A stretch of DNA of 63,462 nucleotides, counting the filler, from Octopus bimaculoides (taxonomy: Eukaryota), in assembly GCF_001194135.2 (NCBI RefSeq). It is 7 parts of 6 records of this genome, joined end to end, with 100 filler letters (N's around TTAATTAATTAA, not from the genome) between each part and the next. Parts side by side here need not be neighbours in the genome. Positions count along the whole stretch, not along the records: positions 37,375 to 42,861 come from NC_068996.1; positions 42,962 to 50,193 come from NC_068983.1; positions 50,294 to 58,201 come from NC_069005.1; 4 more parts are not named here. The stretch is one strand, 5' to 3'. The translations under genes were made by a program, and so were the position numbers. The notes below the pieces were generated by a model. The model saw only the letters and a list, made by a program, of their open reading frames with translations. It did no database searches and had not been told where the DNA came from. Positions 39,556 to 50,455 of this stretch are shown here, piece by piece (position 1 is the stretch's first letter; each line of letters opens with the position of its first letter).

Positions 39556-40138
39556 CACGCCTGTGTCTATATACGTATAAATATACATACATATTTTATA
39601 GGTATACATGCTATCATGTATGTATGATTGCACAAGCAAACACACGAACACACATACACACAGTTATTGACATACACACAAAATCTGAAGATGCGGATTC
39701 GATAAACACAACTAGATGCTGTTGATTTGTCCATTTCGATTTTTTACACGTTTATATGCCAGATTAAATAGCGATATTTCACGATGGTAATAAACGATGA
39801 CTGACCGCCATGATTATGTACATGAATCCGCCATTGGTTACAATATTATCGACCCCTGCTATAAGGCGAAAGGCTAAGCTTGTTATGTCGGAAATTGACT
39901 GACTCCAAACAAGGACCCGACTGTGACCAATCCTGTCTGCATTGAAAAAGAGGAATCAGCCTATCCATGCTAGAAGATTATATGAATTTAACTCTCAGAC
40001 GAATCATAATTGGATCTTTGCTGAGAATAACAAAGGATTAGAGTGCAGTTGTTTCTTTTTGTTTATGTCTCAGTTTGTCTCTCTCTCTCTGTCTCTTACT
40101 TTTCTGTTTATCTGTCTGTCTGTCTGTCTTTGTCTCTC

Positions 40139-40182
<44 letters not shown>

Positions 40183-40639
40183 ACTCACTNNNNNNNNNNN
40201 NNNNNNNNNNNNNNNNNNNNNNNNNNNNNNNNNNNNNNNNNNNNNNNNNNNNNNNNNNNNNNNNNNNNNNNNNNNNNNNNNNNNNNNNNNNNNNNNNNNN
40301 NNNNNNNNNNNNNNNNNNNNNNNNNNNNNNNNNNNNNNNNNNNNNNNNNNNNNNNNNNNNNNNNNNNNNNNNNNNNNNNNNNNNNNNNNNNNNNNNNNNN
40401 NNNNNNNNNNNNNNNNNNNNNNNNNNNNNNNNNNNNNNNNNNNNNNNNNNNNNNNNNNNNNNNNNNNNNNNNNNNNNNNNNNNNNNNNNNNNNNNNNNNN
40501 NNNNNNNNNNNNNNNNNNNNNNNNNNNNNNNNNNNNNNNNNNNNNNNNNNNNNNNNNNNNNNNNNNNNNNNNNNNNNNNNNNNNNNNNNNNNNNNNNNNN
40601 NNNNNNNNNNNNNNNNNNNNNNNNNNNNNNNNNNNNNNN

Positions 40640-40703
<64 letters not shown>

Positions 40704-40862
40704 GCATATGTAAATATGTGTGTATTATATATTGTAGTATATACCTACTTACACACACACATTCGTACATGCATGTATACATACATACATAGATGTATGT
40801 TTGTGCTTCTGTATGCATTGGTATACATTCAAAGAAGGTCGGGTGAAGAAAGAGGAGGAAGG

Positions 40863-40957
40863 GAAGAAGAAGAAGAAGAAGAAGAAGAAGAAGAAGAAGA
40901 AGAAGAAGAAGAAGAAGAAGAAGAAGAAGAAGAAGAAGAAGAAGAAGAAGAAGAAGA

Positions 40958-41024
<67 letters not shown>
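40863..41024. repeat. Compound microsatellite (AAG)n-(GAT)n
   Basis: Read directly. Confidence 0.95.
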
Positions 41025-41025
<1 letters not shown>

Positions 41026-42289
41026 ACGACCACAGCGATACTACAACAACGTGGGTGTTGGGCAAAAATGACAACGACGAAAATGACGACAAGTATTGAA
41101 TGATAATTCAATGACATACGGATGTGTGTGGAGATGAAAGACAAAGATTACACTGTGAGATTTGAACTCTGAGCTTTAGAAACAAAACTTAAACTGTTAG
41201 TTATTTTGTCTAATAATATAACCGAATGATTATGTTGTTTAATTTCCTGCTTATGTGTAAATAATTGAGTTCAAATCCATGGCAAGTGTTTCATTGATGT
41301 AGTGGGTTGCTTATGTAATCGTACCTCAGTTCTCGAAATGTTAATACTTACCTGTGCAAAACAACGTATATTGACTGTTGCACACTTACTGATACTTTCA
41401 TGAACGCTTCAGCAACTTTTAATAATATTAGTTTAAAATATGGGCTCAAGGCAGAAGGCAAGTCGATTACATCGCCTCTAGTGTTCTGGTAATTATTTTA
41501 TCGACTCCCAACAGATGAAAGGCAAAGTCGACCTCGGTGGAATTTGAACTCATAACGTAAAGGCGTTCCAAATAGCGGTGAGCTCATGAATCTGCCAGCT
41601 CACCGCCTTTGAAATTTTAGTAATATTAGTTTCATATTTCAACACAAGGCCAGCAATTTCGGGCAAAGGAACAAGTCGATTGCATCCACCCCAGTGCTCA
41701 ACTAGTACTTAATTTATCGATGCCTTATAAATTTTAGTAATAATAAAGTATATCAGGTGGCGGTAAGCTGGCAGAATCTTTATCACATCGGACAAAATGC
41801 TTAGCGGTATTTCGTCCGTCACTACATTCTGAGTTCAAATTCCGCCGCGGTCGACTTTATCATTCATCTTTTGCCGGGCTNNNNNNNNNNNNNNNNNNNN
41901 NNNNNNNNNNNNNNNNNNNNNNNNNNNNNNNNNNNNNNNNNNNNNNNNNNNNNNNNNNNNNNNNNNNNNNNNNNNNNNNNNNNNNNNNNNNNNNNNNNNN
42001 NNNNNNNNNNNNNNNNNNNNNNNNNNNNNNNNNNNNNNNNNNNNGGCCTTGTGCCTAAATTTGAAATTAAAAATACATCCAGAGTTGTACCACATACTTA
42101 CCGAAATAATATTTACTAACATTGTTCCTCGAAGTGTAATTGTTTCTAATGATATTTTAACGACTTCCTTCATTAAATATGCTAGTTTACCGTTTTATCT
42201 CATTTTTATTTATTTATTTATTTATTTATTTATTATTTTTTCATATTGATCGCACCTCTGAGTTATAAATTAATCTTTTATCCTTACTT

Positions 42290-42790
42290 CATTCAGTAAG
42301 TTACGGGGATGTAAAGTTACGGGAATGTAAACAAGTTACGGGGATGTAAACAAACCAGCACCAGTTTCTCGAGCGATGGTCAGACAAACCATAAATACGC
42401 GCACCCGCGCGTATATGCTTACTTTCGGCTTCCTTCTACTACATAACACAAGGATTTGGTCGACCAGGGTTTTAAGGCTGTAGAGGAATAGTAGAAGAGG
42501 TTCCACTCAGTGGGACTGAACACAGAACCATGTGGTTGGAGAACAAAGCGCTTACCAGACAGCTAGACACGCGCATAAGAAAAATTTTGTTACATTAATA
42601 GGCGGAGTTGTGGCTGTGTGGTAAGAAGCTTGCTTCACAACCACATGGTTTCGGGTTCAGTCCTACTGCATGACACCTTGGGCAAGTGTCTACTACTATA
42701 GCCCCGAGTCGACCAAAGCTTTGTGAGTGGATTTGAACGACGGAAGCAGAAAGAAGCCCGTCCTGTATATATGTATATATATATATATAC
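42290..42790. mobile_element. Two head-to-head family A/B SINE copies (minus ~42290-42575, plus 42601-42790)
   Basis: A diverged minus copy ends ...cttaccagacagctagacacgcgc; a plus copy starts ggcggagttgtggctgtgtggtaagaagcttgc about 25 nt later. Confidence 0.75.
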
Positions 42791-42861
42791 ATATAGGAAA
42801 ATGAAAAAAAAGGCAGAATGCTAAACTGGAAGCATATTTTAATAAAGATTTCTAACCGGTT

Positions 42862-42961
42862 NNNNNNNNNNNNNNNNNNNNNNNNNNNNNNNNNNNNNNN
42901 NNNNNTTAATTAATTAANNNNNNNNNNNNNNNNNNNNNNNNNNNNNNNNNNNNNNNNNNNN
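42862..42961. other. Assembly spacer (left boundary of the SLC7-bearing contig)
   Basis: 44N-TTAATTAATTAA-44N. Confidence 0.95.
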
Positions 42962-44623
42962 ATCTCGCTGATGATATATATATATATATATATAGATAAA
43001 AATAATAAAAGGGGTTTGTATGATACTGTATGGAGGAATATATTATTCAAAAGAATTCCAACTCTGTTTTTTATGTTTTATTTATATTCTTATAAAATTA
43101 ATGTGGGATATAGAATATGGAATATATAGTATATATAGTAAAATGAAATGAAGTATTGAATGTCTTATTGAATAAATGAAATATTGAATATTAAATATTT
43201 AAGGACTAGTATACTTTCCTGTTTTCTAGCAGTCTTCAAGGTTTCGTGTGACTGAAATGTTTCAACGGACAAGAGTAATGTTGTAATCTTGGTCACTTAC
43301 ATGCTATGGAAACTGGGTAACTGGCCTTATGAGTTTTAAGACTTGAGACAATACTTCACTATGTACTTCACTATGTACAATCCATAGATCTATAACTCTA
43401 AATATGCTTTCCTTTCAACTAGCAGGTGATCATAGAGTGAATATATGTCAGTAAAGAAATCCTTATGTGATCACTTGACCTGCTAAATATATCAATTAAA
43501 TCTCCACTGCTATCTCAAAAATATCAGTACAATAAGTTGCTATGGTTACTGACAATTTTATTGTGAATTTTGTAACAGCATTTACAGGTTTGACAATATG
43601 TTGCCAAGGCTGTTAAAAAAGCATTACTTATCTCTATCTCTTATGTAAAAGTTATACTGACACACCCATTATAAAGATTGGTATGTCAGTATATTTTATT
43701 TAATAAGGTCATATATAAGTGATATAGTGAGTTCAAAAATTTTGATCAACTGAAATTATCCAAACAATTAATTGGTGTTTAAAATTTAAAAAGTGTAAGC
43801 AAAGGAGATAACTCAAATAAAATCAGTTCACCGAAATTTTTCAGCAATATAGAGTGGACCTTGTCTTTAAATTCAAACTAGTGAAAGTAACAGTCATGTT
43901 CTGTTGTACTAGACCTACTAAGTCAGATATATTCTATGCATAAGGCAAAGCTAAAATTAATCTATATCTTTGTCTATCTATCTGTTTGTCTCACTCATAT
44001 TAAATATGTTTACATTTTAATTTCCTCTTTTAACTATTTAGCATTTAAATCAGCCATACCTGGCTTAAATATTCTACCTGTTTTATGTTTAAACTAGCCA
44101 TATCCAGCCTTTCACTCATACCCTACAATCTCATTCTAAAAAAAAAGACAACATCATCATCAAAATCTAAAAGCTATGAAGTAATGTATGATGTGTTTAA
44201 AACTGTGACTAAATAAGCATTTCATTTGACAGACTAATCATCTTCATTGTCATGTTTGCTTTCCATGCTGGCTAGGACTGGATGGTTTGACAGGAATCAG
44301 TGAGCTGTAGGGCACCATGAAGCTCCATAGATTACTAACCCTTTAGCATTCAAACTACAGTCAAATGTAGTCATTTATTATCTGGTATCTTAAAAATTTT
44401 GAAGATGTGATTGTTTATTTTTAGAATTACATTGCAGAGTAGGTGTGAGATGCTGGATATGGCTAGTTTGAACTACTTGTTAAACTTTCTCAGACACAAA
44501 TATAATAGCTATCATTTTTGTGACTGTTCATAATTAATGCAATCTTTTATCTATTACAATACATGATCTTAATCTAATGAAATTGAATTGTTAATTACTA
44601 ATGAATTACTTTTGATATTTCAG

Positions 44624-44723
44624 GTAAAGTCGATTTTATTTCTGAAGGTTTTCTGGATACATCTGAAAACCCTTCAGCTATTGCTTTAGGATTTTATAAT
44701 GGACTTTGGGCCTATGATGGTTG
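44624..44723 (+). CDS. SLC7A9: Internal exon (100 nt, phase 1 to phase 2) of an SLC7/LAT-family amino-acid transporter light chain, b(0,+)AT-like
   Basis: Acceptor ttttgatatttcag at 44623 and donor gtgagt at 44724. Translates (G)KVDFISEGFLDTSENPSAIALGFYNGLWAYDG(W). GLWAYDGW is the TM6 motif as in b(0,+)AT/SLC7A9 (LAT1 has GLFAYGGW). The 100-nt size matches my recollection of human SLC7A9 exon 6. The family call is firm; orthology is tentative. Confidence 0.93.
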
Positions 44724-44801
44724 GTGAGTATTCTTCTAGATAATACTATTAACTATAATGCTTATTTTATATTTGAGTCAGTAGCTTTTGTTTTATTTTT
44801 T

Positions 44802-44969
44802 ACACTCTCTGAGTGGTTGGCGTTAGGAAGGGCATCCAGCTGTAGAAACTCTGCCAAATCAGATTGAAGCCTGGTGTAGCCATCTGGTTTCACCAGTCCT
44901 CAGTCAAATCATCCAACCCATGCTAGCATGGAAGGCGGACATTAAACGACGATGACGATGATGATGATG
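44802..44969 (+). mobile_element. Young SINE 3' module (family D) with (GAT)n tail
   Basis: acactctctgagtggttggcgttaggaagggcatccagctgtagaaactctgcc...ccaacccatgctagcatggaaggcggacattaaacg(atg)n, starting about 80 nt after the SLC7 exon donor. Confidence 0.88.
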
Positions 44970-45499
44970 TTTACTGTGTGTATCTCAGTTTTAGAATAGG
45001 CGTACTGTGTAAGCTCTGAATTGACACTGTTAAATAGAATGCCTTGCAGTATTCGTTCTGTTAGTTCTCTGCATTCAAATCCAGCTGTTGTCTGGTTTAA
45101 TACTACCATCTAATACTACCTAAAGCCCTTGGGGGCTTTTAAGGGAGTTCATTCTGGTGCAAGCATTTAAGCTACATCTCTGGTTTGAGAATACCTTGTG
45201 CCTTCTTTCTTTCTAGAGTTGGAAGCATGTAAAGGGTTAGGAACACTGCTTTCCTACCTGACTAAAAGAGAAAAAAGAAATCTATGCAAGGCTTGGGCAG
45301 CTATTAAAACGCTGTCTCAGAAAACCTGTCCAACCCATGCTAGCAGGGAAAAATTGGATGTAAAATGATGAAGAGAAGGGTGCTTAGGCATTCTTACCTG
45401 ATTGGATTCAGTAAGTGGATGGTAAACCACCAAACTGCTGAACCATCACAATTTATATCCAATCAATAAAATGATTTATTACAAAGTTATAGCTACTTT

Positions 45500-46040
45500 G
45501 TAATATTGTTTAATTCCATTTTGTATGGCTTAGCTAAGAAGAGAAGAGCAATGTCCATGACTCTTTCCAGAGCCTCTGAGATTGGTGAGGAGAAAGATTG
45601 GGAACAACGGACTATAAATCATTGGTTGTTGCAACAAATATCAGGATACAGTAATATCAAAACTGGAGACTTGTTTGACCATGAGATTTCTGTAGCAGTT
45701 TTAGGATATGAACACCTTGCTCTGTGCATTAATCTGGACTATGAAGAAAGAGCTTAAGGAATACTGGGATTTTCTATGAGAGTTCTAAACATCTGATGGC
45801 ATGAGTAATTCATCTCTGCTATTGTTGCTCAATATGGGATAAGATTTGCTGGCCATTGTTGTAGTGCTGAAAGATGTTATATTTTGGAGATTTCTGCACC
45901 CTAACACATGGGTTTATTGGCAGACACACACAACATGGAATTAAGGATCTATCAAAGCTAATGGGGAAAAGATATTCTTGGTGCAACTTGGTGAAATGCA
46001 TCTTGGCTATAGCTGCTTGAAGATGAAGATGACTTGCACT
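45500..46040 (+). mobile_element. Decayed RTE-type LINE, RT C-terminal region
   Basis: Broken frames give ...IWTMKKELK...MRVLNIxWHE...RFAGHC, resembling RTE ORF2 (WT...R.LNI.W...RFAGHC). Ends in a gatgaa-type tail. Confidence 0.55.
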
Positions 46041-46499
46041 ATTTAGCTATCATGATTATATATTTGTATATAGCAATTTGTGCTTTTTATTCCTGCATAC
46101 ATCTCTACTGACATGGACATGTAATGTGAACAGATGATATTTGTTGGATAAAGAATTGTTAGTGTTTTGTGGTAGAAGGTATCTATGACAGAGGGTGAAT
46201 AAGAAGGCTTAGTGAGTAGTTGGGAATGTTGACTCTTAGAGATTAGATGAAACAATATAAAGGTTCTTTGAAAGTGTACCCCCAATCTGTATTAGTAGGA
46301 TGATGGTGATAACAGTTCCAGTTATGACTGCTGCATGTTTAAGTTTATAATGTCTTCCAATTCTAAAATCAATGTTCTGAGGAAAAAGCTATCGCCAGAC
46401 CCATTCTTTTACTCCATTATTTGAAATGTTGAGCATTATCAAATTTTTAGTGTTCTGATAGTGTTGTGTTGGTCATATTCTAAATGAAATTTTTTTGAA

Positions 46500-46830
46500 A
46501 AACTGTCCTGATACTGGCAACAGCAAAGTCCTTCTCTGCCGATGTTCCAGTCTTTTAAGTACTGTATGTCTCCATCAAGTTGGCCAGAACTGCTGCATCA
46601 GGATACACTTGTCAAGGGTTTCTTTCCCTCTTCTCCTCTTGTACTGGTTGAGGCTCTTCAGAGTCAAGTTCTGAAATTTGATCAGAACCACCCAACACAC
46701 TGCAGTCTTTCACTCCCTATATCTCTCCACACTGCTCTTGGATGGATGTTAACCATTTCCATGGATGACTTGGTTGCCACTACAGTGTTTACAGTTGTCA
46801 CCTGGCCTTTCCTAGACATCCTTTGATACT
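46500..46830 (-). mobile_element. Decayed RTE-type LINE 3' end
   Basis: Minus-strand fragments ERLQCVGW...KRRRGKET...WRHTVLKR resemble ERRLRWYGHV...RGRPRKTW...WR.AVL.K; heavily degraded. Confidence 0.35.
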
Positions 46831-47320
46831 GTACTATAGCACAATATCAAGGTAATATGTGTTAGAAATAAATAATTATTTTAGTTCTAAAACATTTGTG
46901 AATAAAAGTTGATTTGATATGGTGTTTAGGTTTCTAGTTCAAATCTACTTTGCATGTTTTTTTGTGATTTGGGGTAGCATACTTAATTTTTACATATCCC
47001 AGTTCACCCATCTGTCAGATGTAGTTACCAGAGCATCTTAAGAAATATTACCTTCCGTAAAGTGGTCTACTGCATAGTGAGGGGTTGGTTATGTATTTCA
47101 CTAGCCCTTAACACCATGGAAGTGTAGCAAACACAAATCTGTAGAGATTGCAAAGCTAGGATGATTAAAAATGAAGTCAGTTTATTTCAATGATCAAGTA
47201 AGATGTGATAAACATGTTTGTCTAAAACTTTCTAAATCATCTAATATAAAACATTGGATTTCATATCCCAATGTTGCATAAATTTTAAAGAATAAAGAAA
47301 TATATTGCATTATGTTGCAG

Positions 47321-47365
47321 GAACAACTTGAATTTTGTCACAGAAGAATTAAAAGACCCTTTCAA
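47321..47365 (+). CDS. SLC7A9: Next internal exon (45 nt, phase 2 to phase 2) of the same SLC7 transporter
   Basis: Acceptor tatgttgcag and donor gtgagt at 47366. Completes the split Trp codon (TG|G) and reads NNLNFVTEELKDPF(K/N), matching the conserved W-N-x-LN-x-VTEEL-x-x-P motif and the 45-nt exon typical of LAT-family genes. Confidence 0.93.
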
Positions 47366-48773
47366 GTGAGTATGAATGAAGTATATTAAAATTATTCTCT
47401 GTTTTGTTAATTTAACTTTGATTTTCCCTATGACTATTTCTTAACTATCTTTAGCGATACATAAAACCTACAAATCATGTTAAATACAGCTACTCAGAGT
47501 TTTCTAGTTGAAATAATAATTCATTTTGCCATTTTTCAAGCTGAGAACAAGACCAATTGTCAATTGTCTTTAGAGTAGATGTTTATGTAACAAGATTTGT
47601 GGTTTTTATTATTACATTATCTTTTACTCTCTTACCTGATCGAGTGCTTTTCTACTTGTTGAAGCCTTACCACATAATTTAGTGATACATAGTTATGTTA
47701 TGTTAGAAGGCATGTGGTCTAATAGTTAGGCAATTAGTCCTTGATCATAATGTCATGGGTTCAGTTTGCAGTTGCAGAGGCACTGTGTGTCCTTGGGCAA
47801 GACCCTTTACTTCACATTTCCAGTCTACTCTGATGGCAGAAATGAATATTTAGACTGACAGAGCATCTGGTCAGCATCAAGTTATCATGACAGCATTAAT
47901 GAGTTAGTGGTACAACCCAAAACTTTAATTTAGCAGTGGACTACTACATTGTATCCTCATCTTTATGTTATCTTATACATATTATCCTATATATATTTTA
48001 GTAAGGCTTTCTCTCTCTCACACACATAGGTAATACTAAAATACGTCATGCTGAATATTCTGCAATATAGTAGTTTAAGTTTGTAGTTGCTTTCACAAAA
48101 TCAGTGTTTGGAAGTAAAATATTACCAGGAACTAAAGCATATCAATTTTGATGTTATTGGAATAGTGATCTTTATAGTTTCTAAATCTTGCTTTGGTCAT
48201 TATGATTTACTGCTGGACAAAGCACATTATCCCTTCAATATCAACCTGCCAAAGGTTATATGATGCAAACTTCTTGTTTTCAGGTAATCTCTCATGAAAA
48301 TTTTGTATTAATTTTATGTTCCAAATACCACCTTAACAATAACAAAGTTATTTTATTAAATTTTTCATTACTTTCAAAAGTAAATTAAACAAAGACAGTG
48401 TGTTTCATTAGAAATATGGTAAGAAAAGAGTTTATCTTATTTCATTTAGTCTCAACTTCTTAGATTCTTAGGTGACACCTTGCTATTAAAACAATTTAAG
48501 CATCCAAATTTATAATTTCAACAGACTTAGGACTAAGGAGGGCTCTTTACTCTAGCTGATAGCAAAGCAATCTGTATAGCACTGGTGCTATGAAAAAAAT
48601 GCATCCAGTACACTGTAAAGTGAGACACTGGAAAAAGATGTGGTCCTCCAATCTAATCCTGTCAAGTTGTCCTATGTATATGCTAGCATGAAAAGTAGAT
48701 ATAAAATCACACGCATGCACACTCTCACTCATTTGTACATTACATTACATATATATATGTGTGTGTGTATATA

Positions 48774-48860
<87 letters not shown>

Positions 48861-48880
48861 TATATACACACACACATATA

Positions 48881-49685
48881 TAAGGTCTGATCAATAAGTT
48901 TTGGGACTGTTGCCATAGTAATAAAGCTAAAGGATGCAGAGTAAAGCTGCTTGGCACAGATTAGCCTTGAACTTTGTTGTACATGTGCACTAAGTTTTAA
49001 CGTTCTAGCTCACTTCTGCTGTTTACAGCAGTGCTTCAAAGGAAGGTGTGTAACGTGATCGTTGCATTGACCATGACAGAGAAAGTTGTCATGGCGATAC
49101 CTGCTCAGAGGTCAATGCAAAGTTGCAGAAAGTGTATGGTGAGGAGTGTATGAGCCACACAAAAGTGTACAGTGGTTCAGACATTTTCAAGATGTCAATA
49201 TTGACGAATATTCTGGGTAACCTGCAACCAGCAGAACTGAGAAAAACATTGCAGATTTGCATGCAGCTGTGAGGAAAAATCATCAAATCACCATCTGGGA
49301 GTTATCAGAGGATGCACAGATTAGTTATGGTTCAGTTCAGTCCATTATCACTGAAGATTTGGATATGAGATGCATGTCTGCTAAGTTTGTGCCAAAACTG
49401 TTTTCAACTGACCAGAAAGACACTTGGGTTTCAGTTGCACATGATCTCCTTGATTGTATCCAGAATGAGGAAAACTTTGAAAACTTATCATAGGCCTCTG
49501 AGCAGGTATTGTCAAGCTTTTAACAAAATCTGATCCTGTAAACAGCAGAAGTGAGCTAGAATGTTAAAACTTAGTGTGCATGCACAGGAGAGTTGAAGGT
49601 CAGCCTGTGCCAAGCAGCTTTACTCTGCTTGCCTTAGCTTCATTATTATAGCAACAGTTCGGATACTTATTGGTCAGATCACTTA
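48881..49685 (+). mobile_element. Internally deleted mariner (Tc1/mariner) element with long TIRs
   Basis: About 145-bp imperfect terminal inverted repeats (taaggtctgatcaataagt...gctgtttacag / ctgtaaacagcag...acttattggtcagatcactta) flanked by TA. The internal frame AVRKNHQITIWELSEDAQISYGSVQSIITEDLDMRCMSAKFVPKL is the mariner HTH plus a WVPHEL-equivalent linker. The catalytic DDD domain is missing. Confidence 0.88.
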
Positions 49686-49985
49686 TATATATAAAGATGA
49701 GAATGTCTGTCTGTCTGTCTGTGTGAATCCCTAAAACTCGAGAACTACACAACCGATTTCATTCAAATTTGACACCCCTTACTTAGAGTCCATGCAGTGT
49801 CATGGGCCCAAAAAATTTCAACTTCTTGCGTAATGCGAGCCCAGAGCAATCTCTTATCTCTTACACTATTTCAGTATTACATGTCAAAAGTGAAACAATA
49901 TCTCTCTATTGTAATGTGAGATACTTTCAGTTTAATAGTTTCACTATTAATACTGAAACTATTAAAGTGAAACTACTATCTCATA
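49686..49985 (+). mobile_element. Helitron-like non-autonomous element, 5' part
   Basis: tatatataaagatgagaatg(tctg)n...aactacacaaccgatttcattcaaattt resembles the 5' end of animal Helitron-N/HINE elements. Abuts the mariner TIR and is cut by a SINE at 49987. Confidence 0.5.
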
Positions 49986-49986
49986 T

Positions 49987-50193
49987 ATCATCATCATCAT
50001 CATCATCGTTTAACGTCCGCTTTCCATGCTAGCATGGGTTGGACGATTTGACTGAGGACTGGTGAAACCGGATGGCAACACCAGGCTCCAATCTAATTTG
50101 GCAGAGTTTCTACAGCTGGATGCCCTTCCTAACGCCAACCACTCAGAGAGTGTAGTGGGTGCTTTTACGTGTCACCCGCACGAAAACGGCCAC
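49987..50193 (-). mobile_element. Young family D SINE copy, inverted relative to 44802-44969
   Basis: (atc)n-gtttaacgtccgctttccatgctagcatgggttggacgatttgactgaggactggtgaaacc...aacgccaaccactcagagagtgt. An older copy lies at about 57880-58053(+), with fragments at 45270-45375, 48620-48710 and 56130-56260. Confidence 0.88.
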
Positions 50194-50412
50194 NNNNNNN
50201 NNNNNNNNNNNNNNNNNNNNNNNNNNNNNNNNNNNNNTTAATTAATTAANNNNNNNNNNNNNNNNNNNNNNNNNNNNNNNNNNNNNNNNNNNNTTGTCCA
50301 TGTTTGTCTCCTCTATGTTTAGCCTCTGTGGGCAATAAAGAAATACATATCTATTTATCTATATATAGATATATATCTATATCTATCTATATGTATGTAT
50401 GTGTATACACAT

Positions 50413-50455
<43 letters not shown>

